A stretch of 61,943 nt of DNA, counting the filler, from Basidioascus undulatus (lineage: Eukaryota), in NCBI GenBank assembly GCA_000826855.1. It is 8 parts of 8 records of this genome, joined end to end, with 100 filler letters (N's around TTAATTAATTAA, not from the genome) between each part and the next. Parts side by side here need not be neighbours in the genome. Positions count along the whole stretch, not along the records: positions 36,110 to 61,943 come from JTLS01000202.1; 7 more parts are not named here. One strand, written 5' to 3'. Position 1 is the first letter of the stretch; each line of letters begins with the position of its first letter. This document shows, piece after piece, positions 38,268 through 52,815 of this stretch. The position numbers and the translations under genes are program-made. The notes under the pieces were generated by a model that searched no databases, had not been told where the DNA came from, and saw nothing but the letters and a program-made list of their open reading frames with translations.

Positions 38268-41200
38268 ATGGCCCCGAACGAGCAGGTCTTCGACAACGAT
38301 GAGTGTATGAACGGCTTTGATGACGTCCAGAGGTCAAACACCCTCTGGGCCGGTGCTCTCCCCGAGGCTCAGGGTCTGGTGCGTTGCTGTTATTCCGCGC
38401 TGAGCTGGTTGGAATGGCTTGGGGCTCATGCCTTGGGATATTGCGGTGGGCAGTACGACCCGGAGAACGAGAAGGACGCTTGCGGAGTGTGAGTTCCCAA
38501 AAGATTCTATGGGAGGACTGCAAAAGGTGCTCATTCTCGTGTCTTCTCTGCAGCGGCTTTATCTGTCACATCAAGGGCGAGGTGTCGCACAAGATTGTCT
38601 CTGATGCTCGCGGCCGTGAGTACCGTGTTCTTCCCTTCTCGAGCCCACTACTTCTCGAGACTCATCCGAATTAACCTCCTCAGTCCTCTGCAACATGACG
38701 CACCGTGGTGCGACCGGTGCGGACGCGCGCGATGGCGACGGCGCGGGCGTGATGACTGGCATCCCGCACGACTTCTTTGTGCGCGAGGCGGAGCGGGACC
38801 TGGACATTAAGCTCCCCTCCGCGGGGCACTACGCCGTGGGGAACATCTTCTTCAACCCGAAGAACGCGACACTGCGTGGCGAGCAGCAGGCGACGTTCAC
38901 GCGCATCGCCGAGGAGCTCGGCCTCCGCGTCCTCGGCTGGCGCGAGGTCCCCGTCGATAACACCATCCTCGGGCCCGCGGCGCTCAGCAAGGAGCCTCTC
39001 ATCCTCCAGCCGTTCGTCGTCCTCGCAGAACACTACGACAAGACGGTCGCGCAGGGCGTCAAGGACGCCGACGCGCCGTTTGACGAGGGCTACTTCAACC
39101 GCCAGCTCTACGTCCTCCGCAAGCACTCGACCCACACCCTCACGCTCGCCAAGTGGTTCTACATCTGCTCGCTCAGCCCCAGCAACATCATCTACAAGGG
39201 CCAGCTCTCCCCGGTTCAGGTCTACGCGTGCATGGCCCTGGCTTTTCACTAGTCTGCTGGGGCATTCGACTGACAGCTGAGCGATCAACAGCTACTACCA
39301 CGACCTCTCGGCGTACAACTACAAGTCGCACTTCGCGCTTGTCCACTCGCGCTTCTCGACCAACACCTTCCCGTCCTGGGACCGTGCGCAGCCGATGCGC
39401 TGGGCGGCGCACAACGGTGGGTTCTCTTGCATGTCTCCCATTCTCCCCTTCTCTTCTCATGCCACGCCTGTGTGCCAGGCGAGATCAACACCGTGCGGGG
39501 CAACAAGAACTGGATGCGCGCGCGCGAGGGTGTGCTCAAGAGCGAGAAGTTCAAGGACGAGCTCGAGATGCTCTTCCCCGTCGTCGAGTCCGGCGGGTCC
39601 GACTCGGCCGCGTTCGACAACGTCCTCGAGCTCCTCGTTGTCAACGGCGTCCTCACCCTCCCCGAGGCCGTCATGATGCTCATCCCTGAGGCGTGGCAAG
39701 ACAACGCGCTTATCGACGAGGAGAAGCGCGCGTTCTACCAGTGGGCGGCGTGCTTGATGGAGTGCGTTTCTTTCCCTCCTTCTTCGCCTCTGTGAGTGAA
39801 CCGGAGACTGATCGTACCTTCATGGCTTTCTCAGGCCCTGGGACGGCCCCGCGCTCTTCACGTTCTCTGACGGCCGCTACTGCGGCGCGAACCTCGACCG
39901 CAACGGCTTGCGTCCCTGCCGGTACATCATCACGAACGAGGACATCATGATCTGCGCGTCCGAGGTCGGCGCGATCTACATCGAGCCGGAGAAGGTCAAG
40001 CAGAAGGGCCGCCTGAAGCCCGGCCGCATGCTGCTCGTCGACACGGTCGAGGGTCGCGTCGTCGACGACAAGGAGCTTAAGAGTGCGTCCTTCTGCCCGC
40101 TTTTCGCCCGACGTGCGAAGGCAAAGCTGATGTGTTTGTGATGGAAATAGGCACCACCTCGCGCAAGCAGCCGTTCCGGAGCTGGGTCGACTCGCAGCTG
40201 ATCCGCCTGCCGGACGTCGTCAAGCGTGTCGCGCGCACACAGAAGATCGACGTCGTCCTCGACGACACGCCGCTTTCGAAGGACCCCGTTCTCCTCGCGT
40301 TCGGCTACACCGTCGAGCAGCTCTCGCTCCTCCTCCTCCCCATGCTCTCGTCTGGCAAGGAGGCGCTCGGGTCCATGGGCAACGATGCCCCGCTCGCGGC
40401 CGTCGCGACTGCGCCACGTGTAGTCTACGACTACTTCCGCCAGGTGCGTCTTTTTTTGTCTGTCTGTATTGCCCGGGAGGAACGCGGAGCTGACGAAGAC
40501 TTGCTTGTGATGGTACAGCTCTTCGCCCAGGTCACCAACCCGCCGATCGACCCGATCCGTGAGGCGGTCGTCATGAGCCTCGAGTGCTACGTCGGCAACG
40601 AGGGCAACCTCCTCGAGATGCGCTCGGAGCAGTGCCACCGTCTCGTCCTCCCCTCGCCGCTCCTCTCGATCGAGGAGATGAACGCGGTGAAGAACTTCAA
40701 GCTCGCGCACTCGGACTGGCCCGCGACGGTCATCGACATCACCTTCGACAAGGGCGAGGGCCTTCCCGGCTTCCGGGCGGCGATCGATCGCATCACGCGC
40801 GAGGCGAGCAAGGCGATCGAGGACAACTCCAAGGTCATCGTCCTCTCCGACCGCAACGTCGGCCCGAAGCGCGTCCCGCTCTCGGCGCTCATGGCCTGCG
40901 GCGCCGTCCACCACCACCTCGTCCGCAACAAGCAGCGCAGCAAGGTCGCGATCATGGTCGAGACGGGCGAGGCGCGCGAGGTGCACCACATGTGCGTCCT
41001 CGTCGGCTACGGAGCGGACGCCGTCTGCCCGTACCTCGCCATGGAGGCGATTCACAAGGTCGCGCGCGAGGGCCTGTACGTCCCCTTGCTCCTCTTCCAT
41101 CTTGCCCCGCTTGCCTCATTGTGACTGGCATCCATGCTGTGGGATTCCGGGAATGCAGCGTCAAGGGCGACCAGACAGCTGAGCAGCTCATCTACAACTT

Positions 41201-44200
41201 CCGCAAGGCGGTCAACGACGGCATCCTCAAGGTCATGTCCAAGATGGGCATTTCTACGCTGAGCTCGTATAAGGGCGCGCAGATCTTCGAGGCCCTCGGC
41301 CTGCACAGCGAGGTCATCGAGCTCTGCTTTGCCGGCACGGCGAGCCGCGTTCAAGGTGCGACGTTCGAGCTCCTCGCGATGGACGCGTTCGAGAACCACG
41401 AGAAGGGCTGGCCCAGCCGCGACACTGTCATCCCGCCTGGCATGCCTGAGTCTGGTGCGTCGTCCGTTCACTTCCCAATCGTTGCGCGATGACGCTGACT
41501 CATGCTGGCATCGTGTAGGCGAGTTCCACTGGCGCGACGGCGGCGAGGCGCACGTCAACGACCCTACGTACGTCCGATTCTTAGCTGCTTCAAGGCACTA
41601 TTGGTACGACGCTGACTCCTTTTCTTCACGGCTCACAGCGGCATCGCCAACCTGCAGGACGCCGTGCGGGAGAAGAACCAGTCGGCCTACGACGCGTACT
41701 CGAAGAGCGCGCGCGAGCAGATCATGCACTGCACGCTCCGCGGCATCCTTGACTTCGACTTCGAGGCGTCGACGCCGATCCCGGTCGACCAGGTCGAGCC
41801 GTGGAACGAGATCGTCCGCCGCTTCGTCACGGGCGCCATGTCGTACGGCTCGATCTCGATGGAGGCGCACTCGGCGCTCGCGATCGCCATGAACCGCCTG
41901 GGCGGCAAGTCCAACACCGGCGAGGGCGGGGAGGACGCGGAGAGGTCCAACATGCTGCCTAACGGCGACACGATGCGGTGAGTAGTCTGATGCGTGTCAG
42001 TCCTCCTGTGGGTGCTTATATCGCTGGGATTGCAGCTCGGCTATCAAGCAGATCGCCTCCGGTCGCTTCGGCGTGACGAGCAACTACCTCGCCGACGCCG
42101 ACGAGCTGCAGATCAAGATGGCACAGGGCGCGAAGCCCGGCGAGGGCGGCGAGCTGCCCGGCCACAAGGTCTCCGCGTCTATCGGGCGCACGCGCCACTC
42201 GACTCCCGGCGTCGGCCTCATCTCGCCACCGCCCCACCACGACATCTACTCGATCGAGGACCTCAAGCAGCTCATCTACGACCTCAAGTGCGCCAACCCG
42301 CGCTCGCGCGTCTCGGTCAAGCTCGTCTCCGAGGTCGGCGTCGGCATCGTCGCGTCGGGCGTTGCCAAGGCTAAAGCGGACCACATCGTGCCTTTCTCCC
42401 CCTTCACCTCCCATCGCCAGTCCAGCTAACAGTCTCGTTCTTCCGCTTGCAGCTCATCTCCGGCCACGACGGCGGTACTGGCGCCTCGCGCTGGACTAGT
42501 ATCAAGTACGCCGGCCTACCATGGGAGCTCGGTCTCGCCGAGACGCACCAGACGCTTGTCATCAACGACCTCCGCGGGCGCGTCACGGTCCAGACCGACG
42601 GCCAGATCCGTACCGGCCGCGACGTCGCCATCGCGTGCTTGCTCGGCGCCGAGGAGTGGGGCTTCGCCACGACGCCGCTCATCGCGATGGGTTGCATCAT
42701 GATGCGCAAGTGCCACCTTAGTAAGTTTAGCGTTCGTTTCTGACTGCTGCGCGGCATACGGTGCTCATGCGATGCGATCTTCCGCAGACACCTGCCCTGT
42801 CGGTATCGCCACGCAGGACCCTGTCCTCCGCTCCAAGTTCGCCGGCCAGCCCGAACAGGTCATCAACTTGTAAGCGGCACCTCCCCTGGAGTTGCTTCCG
42901 AACGCTTCCAGTTAACCATCTGGCTTCTCGGCAGCTTCTACTACGTCGCCGAGGAGCTCCGTGGCATCATGGCCAAGCTCGGCTTCCGCACGATCAACGA
43001 GATGGTCGGTCGCTCGGACCTGCTCAAGGTCGACGAGTCCCTCCGCACGCCCAAGACCAAGCATCTGGACCTCTCGGCCATCCTCAAGCCCGCGTGGAAG
43101 ATGCGTCCGGGCGCGGCGACCTACCGCGTTCGCGCTCAAGACCACCGCCTCTACGTCCGCCTTGACAACAAGTGCGTCGTATTCCACGAAGTTTCGCGGA
43201 GCTGCCTGATCGGAAAGGTTATTGACATTGGATTATTTGCAGGTTCATCGACGAGAGCGAGCCGGCGCTCACGAAGGGTCTGCCCGTTTCGATCGACTGC
43301 GATGTCGTCAACACCGACCGCGCGCTCGGCACGACGCTTTCGTACAAGGTATCGAAGGCATACGGCGAGGAGGGCCTGCCCAAGGACACAATCCACATCA
43401 ACATGAAGGGCTCGGCTGGCCAGTCCTGCGGCGCCTACCTCGCGCCCGGTATCACCATCGAACTCGAGGGCGACGCGAAGTGCGTTGCATGACCTTTTCT
43501 CACCCCCTAGCCGGCGCTGACCTACGCGGGCATCTGTAGCGACTACGTCGGCAAGGGTCTCTCGGGCGGTCGCCTCATCGTCTACCCGCCGAAGGTGTCG
43601 ACCTTCAAGGCCGAGGAGAAGTACGTCAATCCGCTCGATGGTTCCAATCCTCCTAATACTGACGGTCTCTTTGCAGCGTCATCGTCGGAAACACGTGTTT
43701 TTACGGTGCGACGTCCGGTCAGGCGTTCATCCGCGGCCAGGCCGCCGAGCGCTTCGCCGTCCGCAACTCCGGCGCTTACGCCGTCGTCGAGGGCTGCGGT
43801 GATCACGGTGCCGAGTACATGACTGGCGGTCGCCTCGTCGTTCTCGGCGCGACGGGCCGCAACTTCGCCGCCGGTATGTCGGGCGGTATCGCGTACGTGC
43901 TCGACACGGCGCACGTCTTCCACACCAAGGTCAACATGGAGATGGTCGAGCTTGGCAAGATCACGGACCCGCACGAGATCGCCGATCTGCGATCGATGCT
44001 CGAGGACCACAAGCACTTCACGGGCTCGACTGTCGCCGACCGCGTCCTCCGGGACTTCCACCACCTCCTGCCGCTCTTTGTCCGCGTCATGCCGCTCGAC
44101 TGTGCGTCGCCTCCTCTGTCCCCCTCTCTCCTTGCGTATGATGGCTTACTGTTCATGGGTGTCTCAGACAAGCGGGTGCTCGAGGAGAAGGCTGCCAAGG

Positions 44201-46485
44201 AGAAGGCCGACAAGAGCCGTCACTCGCACATCGACCTCATTCCGTCCCGCAACACGTCGCAGGTCGAACTCGCCGTCGACAAGGACGTTCAGGACCTCGT
44301 CGTGCCGCGCACGCCGCTGGCCGAGGCGCTCCAGAGCTCGCTCGCGCCGCCCGCGTACAAGTCGGAGCCGTCGGTCGTTGACCTCGAGGACTCGATGGTC
44401 GACGAGGAGGCGGCGCACAAGAAGGTCCAGAAGTTCGACAAGGTCAAGGGCTTCATGAAGTACCAGCGCCTCGCCGAGCACTACCGCCCCGCCAAGAACC
44501 GCCTGAAGGACTGGCAGGAACTGTCCGGCCGCCTGACCAAGCAAGAGCTCCAGCAGCAGACGGCTCGCTGCATGGACTGCGGTGTTCCCTTCTGCCGTGC
44601 GTGCTTCCTACTTGTCAAGACGTCCTTAGTCTGACGCGGTTTCTTTAATTCCTACAGAGAGCGACAGCGGTTGCCCGATCTCGAACGTCATTCCCAAGTG
44701 GAACGACCTCGTCTTCAGTACGCATTTCTGTTTCATCTCATGCCATCATTTCGCCTGACCGATCGAATTGCCGCTTGCAGAGGGCCAGTGGGAGGACGCG
44801 CTAAACCGCCTGCTCCTCACCAACAACTTCCCCGAGTTCACCGGTCGCGTCTGCCCGGCGCCGTGCGAGGGTGCTTGCGTCCTCGGCATCAACGAGCAGC
44901 CCGTCGGCATCAAGAGCATCGAGTGTGCCATCATCGACAAGGGCTTCGAGGAGGGCTGGATTGTCCCGCGTCCGCCTACAACGCGGACCGGCAAGAAGAT
45001 CGCCATCATCGGCTCCGGCCCCGCCGGCTTGGCGTGCGCCGACCAGCTCAACCGGGCCGGCCACTCGGTTACCGTCTACGACCGTAACGACCGCATGGGC
45101 GGTCTGCTCCAGTACGGTATCCCCAACATGAAGGTTCGTCTTTCTCAGCGAAGTGCTCACTCCCTGTCACGAAGACGTCGTACTGATCGTTTGTTCCGCC
45201 GTGCAGCTCGACAAGCGTATCGTCAAGCGTCGTCTGGACCTCATGGAGGCCGAGGGCGTGACGTTCGTCCCAAACTCGCACGTCGGCGTCAACGTCGACG
45301 CGGCCGAGATCCGCGCTGAGAACGACGCTGTCGTCGTCGCGACCGGTGCTACCTGGCCGCGTGACCTCAAGATTCCGGGGTGCGTTCCACGCCGATGCTT
45401 GTCCACTATCGATGTGTGACTGACGTGTGTCTCCGCAGGCGCGAGGCCAACGGCATCCACTTCGCAATGGAGTTCCTCCAGGTCCGTCGCATTTTCAGCC
45501 TTCAACGCAGTAGGAGCCGATGACCTTACCTCCGCTCTCCAGGCCAACACCAAGAGCTTGCTCGACAGTCAGCTCCGGGACGGGCGGTACATCTCGGCGC
45601 AGGGCAAGAACGTCATCGTTATTGGCGGTGGTGACACCGGCAACGACTGCATCGGCACCTCGCTCCGTCACGGCGCGAAGTCGGTCGTCAACTTCGAGCT
45701 CCTGCCCCAGCCCCCGGCTGCCCGCGCCTCCGACAACCCCTGGCCGCAGTGGCCCCGCATCTTCCGCACCGAGTAGGTTTTGTTTTTCGCCTATATGTAC
45801 GAACAGTGCTGACCTTGTTCTTTCGATCAGCTACGGGCACTCCGAGGTCAAGGCGCAGTTCGGCAACGACCCACGCGAGTACTGCATCAGCACGAAGCGT
45901 TTCGTCCTCGACGAGGAGGGCAACCTCAAGGGTCTCGACACCGTTCGCGTCGAGTGGACCAAGGACAACTCTGGCCGTTGGAAGGTTCGTTCTTCTCTAT
46001 CTCGTATGCGGTTGAGGCAATTGGACTCACTTCTTCGCCGTGCGCAGATGGAGGAGCTGGCGGGCTCTGAGCAGTTCTTCCCTTGCGAGCTCTGCTTCCT
46101 CGCGCTGGGCTTCCTTGGGCCCGAGCAGAAGCTCATCGAGTCCCTCGGCCTCGCCACCGACCCGCGGTCGAACATCAAGACCTCGAACGCGGTACGCCAT
46201 TTTGCGTGCACTTCGGCTGTGCTAGACGAATACTGACTGTTCCTTGACGCGCAGAACAACTACGCCACCTCCGTGCCCGGTGTCTATGCTGCGGGTGACG
46301 CCAAGCGCGGCCAGTCGCTCATCGTGTGGGGTATCCGGGAGGGCCGTGGTGCCGCCGCCCAAGTCGACGAGGACCTCCAGGGTTCTACGAGGCTTCCTCA
46401 GCCCGGTGGAATCAAGAAGCGCTCTTTCAAAGCTCCTCCGCAGCTGATCGAGGCCAAGATTGAGGTGGAGCCCGTTGCTGCTTAG
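38268..46485 (+). CDS. GLT1: NADH-dependent glutamate synthase (fused large and small subunit), apparently complete, many introns
   Basis: [10 protein letters not shown] (Ntn Cys), [119 protein letters not shown] and [10 protein letters not shown], with TAG at 46483-46485. Confidence 0.98.
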
Positions 46486-47153
46486 ACAATATTCCTGTAC
46501 CCTCCAGGTCTGTCTCGATGCCATGTACGATCGTCACGCTTGCAGCCTTACTATTCCTTCCGCCCTTTCGTTTCCTTCTGCACTTTGCCGGTTCCCTTCT
46601 TTCTCCTTATTTCATTGTTGTGTCAATTGGTATAGCCCGGACCTCATGATGATTTGACAGCTACGCGTGCTTTTCTGACGTTTGTCGCGAGCCAGCTCAA
46701 GAAGCTGCGCATACTCAGGTCATTCAGGTTCATCATGGCATAGTCCGGCTCGATCGCCCCAAGTTCTATGGGAGGTGTCGCGGAGCATATGTACGTAGAT
46801 GAAGTTGTTGGTCCAAGTCGGCAGGCGGGCCGATCGCGAGCGATGAGGGCTGCAGCGCCATAGCCAATGTTCCTCCTCGTACTTTGCACAGTGAAACTAC
46901 TTCCGTTATAGCTGCTATTTTCGTATCATCCAAGCCATGTGTCCGCACAAAAATACCAGAGAAGGTGCAGTGCCTGGACCGAAATAGTGGTCGAGACTGA
47001 GGAGACAAACGCGAAGAATGGACGAGCTCATTGTTCGCTCCGGGAACTCTGTTCGCGCTCAATCGCGGCTTGCATTTGCAAGATACTCTTTTCCGTGTTT
47101 CACCATCATCTTACACAAGCGATTTACCGCCCTCGTAGCCCGGGCTACGCAAG

Positions 47154-50100
47154 ATGACTTCGTCGGCGCCGCACGGGATGTGTACTCCTCAGGGTATAGG
47201 TTCCTCAACCTGGAAAGCTCCCGAGCTGGATGTGAGCCCTTTCTCCCTTTTCCACGAGGAACCGGTCGCTCCGTATAACCGAGGAGGTAATATTTGCAGG
47301 GATCACTCCTCGTTCCTGAACTGCTTGACCATCACCTCGCGCACTCGCCTGCGCATACCTGGGCTGTGACGCCCGCGGGCGTGCGCGTGTCAAACCTCGA
47401 GTTTGCGCGAGCTAGTATTCGCGCTGGTCAGGCCATCAAAGACCGCATCCAGAAGTGCGGGGCGGAGAAGGCGGACCCAGAGGACCTGGAGATCACCGTG
47501 GGCGTACTCGCTGAGCAGGTCAGTTAGCGTTCCGTTCTTCTAAGTTGAAACAACAACTCAGACAAGCTCACACTCCTTGATTTGCTTTCCAGGAAGCCTT
47601 TGTATACGTTTCCGCGGCTCTGGGAGCTGCGAGGGCTGGTTACATCGCAAGTCGAGTCGTCTTTCTGCCATGGAAACAACAGGCTCATCATATCATGACA
47701 TCGGTATGAACAGCCCGTCCTTCTCAGCACGCGGAACTCTGTCCCAGCTCTCTCCTCCTTGCTGTCCAAAACCTCTGCACACCTTCTTCTCTACACGGCA
47801 TCCTCCCCCTCCATCGCTGGTCTCGCAAGAGCGACGCAGGCCGAGCAGCGCGAAGCTGGACGTGACTTGCATCTCGTTCCGATGCCCGGTTTGAATGACC
47901 TGTATCCAAAGTTTGGTCGCGAGACGGCGGCGGACGACTTCAAGAGTCGCGTCCAGTTACCATCGAGGCTGTCTCGCAGAGAGGGTACAGCGGTCATCCT
48001 TCATTCGAGCGGCTCGACAAACTTTCCCAAGGCGATTCGGTTCGTATATTCCTTTTCAACATTCAACACTGTTACATTTTATCATCTCTTCTGCCTAACA
48101 GCATCAGCCACCTAGTGTGGCTCGAGTGGGCGCGGACGGTGCGTTGGCAGTTCCGCTCACGTCTTGACCTTCTTCACAGCATGAATGGACTTTCCGCTTA
48201 CGACGAATCATCTGCAGCCCTGGTACGGGGCGGACGACATCTGCGGACAGCGTTTCTTCACTGGATCCCTTCCAACCTTCCATGCTGTCAGTCACTTTCT
48301 CCTCTGCAGTCAATCACCGAAATGCTAACGTCTACAGTCCCACTGTTAATAGATGGGGTTCATGATGCAGCTCGTCCTTCCACTTTCAACGGGCATCGAG
48401 ATGGGTCTGCTCGATCCCGTCTCTCCCCCGACGTTCCCGACCCCCGCCGTCACGCTCGACGCAATCCAGAAAACCAACAGCAACTTCATCATCGTCGTGC
48501 CTAGCGTCATCGAGGAATGGGCGGATGACCCGGAAGCTGTAAAGGTACTCAAAGGGCTTGATCGAGTTGTGCGTCCTCTTTTGTGAACCCTGCACATCGT
48601 TGGTGTCACAGCCTCACAACAATGCCCATTGGATGCAGCTGTTCGGAGGCGCTTCTTTGAATGGACCTATCGGGGATGTCTTGGTGAGGCAGGGCGTTAA
48701 GCTGTGCGTATCTTCGACCTTGCAAGTGCAGAAGACTGGTAATATGGCGCTCATGAGATTGCAAAAATTTAGCACTTCTGTTTACGGCGCCACCGAGATT
48801 GGTTTCACTGGGCGGTTCGTCATCCACCCGCAAGGGAAAGACTGGTCGTGGGTCCGCCAGTCGCCTCAATGCAAGCCTCGCTTCGTTCCACGCGCAGAGG
48901 GGTTATACGAGCTACAGTACCTTGTGTGTATAATTCATTTTCATTCTTGTTGAATTCATCGCTTAAGAAGAACCGGACTGTCCTTATTTGTGACACCTAG
49001 GTCTGCGATACACACCACCCTTCGGTCCTCAACTTGGAAGACGTACCGGGGTATTCTACGAACGACCTGGTCGAGAAGAGCTCCACAGACTCTGAACTGT
49101 TCAAGATCGTACGTCCTCTACATCCACATATACACGCTACGGCCTCGGCTGCTAACTTTCGCTTGTAGGTTGGCCGTTCCGACGATCAAATCATTCTAGC
49201 AACAGGAGAGAAAACCCAGCCGGCTCCGTTAGGTAGGTACTTGTTGTTTTGTACTAGATTCATCGAGTTTCCGAGAAGAGGAGCTTTGGGAGGGAGAGGC
49301 GGAAATTAAGCTGCTGGAAGCGATATAAGCAGGAACTGGCGGTGGATGTCGAATCGAATGGGTCGTTACAAAGTATGGCTCATATTTCACCTCCCTCCTT
49401 CAGAGCGTATCATTGCCTCCAACCCGGCTCTAGACCATGCATTGTACTTTGGGCGGGACAAGGTATCCAACGGCGTCATCCTCGAGCCGCGGCGGGAACA
49501 CCAGGTCCGACCGGGTGACGAAGACGCGAAAAGGAAGCTGATCGACTCGGTCTGGTGAGGGATTCAATGCTATTTTTGATGTTAAGGTCGCTCATATCCG
49601 TATTGAGGAAGGCCGGACATCGAGCGCGCCAATGCCCACGGCCCGCAATACTCCCGGTGAGAGTCCAAGGGGAATGTGCACAGTCTCGGTGATCAATTTC
49701 TCACCCGAGAGAGGGAGGACAGCTTGTTCCGCAACCTCGTCCTTGTCAGCGATCCCGCTCGGCCCTTCCAGCTGACGCCCAAGGGCAGTGGTACGTCCCC
49801 CTCAATGTTTGGTACCTTTTCCATAATGAGTACCAAAGTAATGTGCTCGTCGCAGTCAAACGCACGCCAACTCTCCACCAATACGCGGACGAGATCGAGG
49901 CAGCGTACAAGGCAGCGGCGGAGACGACGGCGGAACCTCTCGATGTTGCCGACATCCCCGAATCGGTGGCCAAGATTGTTCGCTCCGTGATGCACCTCGA
50001 TGATCTAGGCTACGACGAAGAGCTCGTGGCGCGCGGGATGGACAGGTGCGCAACTGTCCAACGCTTTCAGCAGGTGCGCATCGGCTAACGCGAAATTGAA

Positions 50101-51968
50101 AGTCTGCAAGCGACCCAGATCGGAAACGAGAAAGTGTACTCTTATAACTTTAGATTCAAGAGTCGACTAACCCATCGTGTTCAGGCTCGCATCTGCCTTG
50201 GCCGCAACGCCCGGCAAACCATCAACGTTGCCCAAGCTGCCGACGAACGTCGTGTTCGAGAACCCCAGCATACACGCGCTCGCCAGCTACGTCGGGTCAA
50301 TCTTGTCGGGATACTCAGTCGAGAACAGCGCCGAAGCTCAGGCAGCCAAGGTCGAGTCGATGATCCGCAAGTACAGCTCGTCGTTCTCCGCTCCACCCGC
50401 AGAGCTGGACCTCGCGCAGCGCCCCGCTCAAGTACTCGTTACGGGCACGACCGGTGGCCTCGGCTCGCAGCTGCTGCAGTCCCTCATCCAAGCTCCAAAC
50501 GTGGAGCGTGTATTCGCGGTCAATCGATCGAGCCGCAAGGCCAGTCTGGCCGACCGCCAGCGAGCGTCGTTCGTGGCGAGGGGACTGGACCTGGACGTTC
50601 TCAACTCGCCGAAGCTTGTGCTCATTGAGGCCGATCTCAGCAAGCCGGACCTCTTTCTTGAACCGTCTCTTTTGAGTGAGGTGGGTTTTTCCATCCTTCT
50701 TTCACTGCCGGCTTGACAGACATTGCGGTGCAAGATTCGGTCGAACATGTCGCATTTGGTGCACAACGCGTGGAGGGTCAACTTCGATATCAGCCTTCGG
50801 TCGTTCGAGCCGGACATCATCGGTACGTTTTTTTAGTTCCACTTCCAAAGAAGCCTTCATCTCACATTGTACGGGGGTCTCAGGCCTAAAGAACTTGCTC
50901 GACCTGGCCATCACTTCTCGTCGCCAGCCGTCTTTCCTCTTCGCTTCTTCCATTGCTGCAGTGCGGAACTGGCCCCCTACCCGCTTCGTACCAGAAGAGC
51001 CTATCAAGGACACTCTGATTGCCGTCGGGCAGGGATACGGGTGATTTTCTGTCGCCGTCCTTCTTTTGCGTTATTCGTGCCTCACACGCCATTCGTCGAA
51101 TGCAGCGAGAGCAAATACGTGGGCGAGAAGGTCTGTTGACCGCAGTAAAGAATAGGGTATTTCACGTTAATTAAATTTATCTCCTGACAGATACTACAAA
51201 GGGCTTCCGAAGCGACGGGCATCCCCACGACCGTTCTGCGCATTGGCCAGCTGTGCGGCTCTTTGTCCTCGGGCAGCTGGAATTCGTGGGTTCTTTTGCT
51301 CTACGTTCGATCTCCCAAAAATAAAAGACTTACTCCAGCATCCAAACTTCAGTACTGATTGGGTCCCGTCCATCGTCAAGTCGGGCGCGGTCCTTGGCTG
51401 CCTTCCAAAAGGCGAGGATGTGCGTTGCTTTCTTATCAGCTTAGGTGTCTCGCTTCTACCCCTAATTATCATGGCTCTACAATTCCAGGTAGTTGCTTGG
51501 CTCCCTCTCGACGTTGCGGGCCAGTCGATCGTCGAGATGGCGCTAGCGCGCACGCTGTCCACGCCGACGCACGAGATGCTGCACATCGTCCACCCGCATG
51601 TGACGACGTGGTCAGGCGTCTTTCGTGTCGTAGCAGAGTTCTACCTCTCTCGCGGGCGCAAGGTCGACCTAGTCCCCTACGCGCAGTGGCTCGCGGCGCT
51701 GCAGAAGGACGCTGAGGGCGGGCCCACGGCGATGGAACGGAACCCGGCGACGAAGCTACTCGACTTCTTCCGGGCTGGGTCAGTGGAGCCTGCGCGTACG
51801 GAGGGCAGGGAGAATGTCGAAGCAATGGGGTTCAGGAGGCTGGAGACGAAGAAGGCGGAGGCGGCCAGTCCGACGCTGCGAAAGCAGCCCCCGCTTCGCC
51901 AGGAGAATGTGTGGAAGTGGCTGGAGAGCTGGGAGCGGGAGGGGTTCTTGAAGCTGAAGCCGGAATGA
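47154..51968 (+). CDS. NRPS-like carboxylic acid reductase (adenylation-thiolation-reductase, A-T-R)
   Basis: PQGIGSSTWKAPELD|GSL N-terminus. A-domain motifs ILHSSGSTNFPK, LPTFHA|MG, YGATEIG, GRSDDQIILATGEKT and LTPKGS. PCP motif GMDSLQA..VFENPSIHALA. R domain VLVTGTTGGLG, HNAWRVNF and GYGESKYVGE. Confidence 0.92.
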
Positions 51969-52449
51969 CCGAAAAGCTTGTAGTAGTCCTCTCTGTTCTG
52001 ACCTGACGAAAGAGAGTTAATTTGTCGGGTTCGTCCGCTCGTGAGCCGCGTTTGCCATCGTGCAGAGTTGACACTCAACGCTCGCTTGCGCGACGGTCCT
52101 TCTATTCCGACTGTCCGTGTTATTCACTCAATATATGCATCAGATTGTTCGGATAAAAGGTGCCTGAAACGCACGCCCAGCTACACTGGGTTGTAGAGAT
52201 CCTTTGGTTGAATGAGTAGAGCGCAGAAAGTTATCGACACAGTAGTACTATCACTGGCTTTTGTGCTTTAGCTGTACTGCTGTACTCCATGCTGATTCCT
52301 GCACCTTGTTGTACCAATCAGGGGCAGAGTTTTATGTCGGTGGAGGCGAACATCTTCTTCCTTCCTTGCTCGAGCAGCCCCCTTAAGTTAAATGCACGAG
52401 CTCAGAGCCTCACGTGCTTACCCAGGACATCACGCTGCCGAATTGTACG

Positions 52450-52815
52450 CACCGTGAGCATGAAGGATACGACGCTCCCGATGGTGACAAAGATGAGAAG
52501 CGGTCGGCATCCCCACAGGCCGTACCTGCTCAAACGAGGATGTCAGAGCCAGCACGAACCGCAAATAAGCATCTGAGAATATTCTCGCAGGGTGCTGGAG
52601 AGGACACCACCTCCAAACACTGCAGGTATCAGAAGACAATAGTTAGCCCATGCCCCTTCCAAACTTTCAATAGCGAAGACCAGAGTAGACTTGCTGATGA
52701 AGATCTGGATGCTGCCGATCCAGCTGATCTGACAGGCGTCTTGTCTGAGAGCGGACCTTGCTGGTATTACGCTTGCCATACCGCAAATGAGTTCAACCAC
52801 CACAACTGGGCCGCT
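52450..52815 (-). pseudogene. MFS monocarboxylate-transporter (MCT/Mch) family pseudogene fragment
   Basis: LNSFAVWQA*YQQGPLSDKTP /frameshift/ QISWIGSIQIFI, then FGGGVLSS and WGCRPLLIFVTIGSVVSFMLT. The stop TAA is at 52767-52769. Confidence 0.75.

Noticed and set aside
39976..41100. 374-aa antisense ORF over GLT1 (and similar shadow ORFs over LEU4, SER3, PRP45)
   Set aside because: Expected shadow ORFs from strong GC3 codon bias, with no recognisable family motifs.
51167..51174. TTAATTAA inside the A-T-R gene
   Set aside because: Only 8 nt, no flanking Ns, and inside an AT-rich intron, so it is not a spacer.
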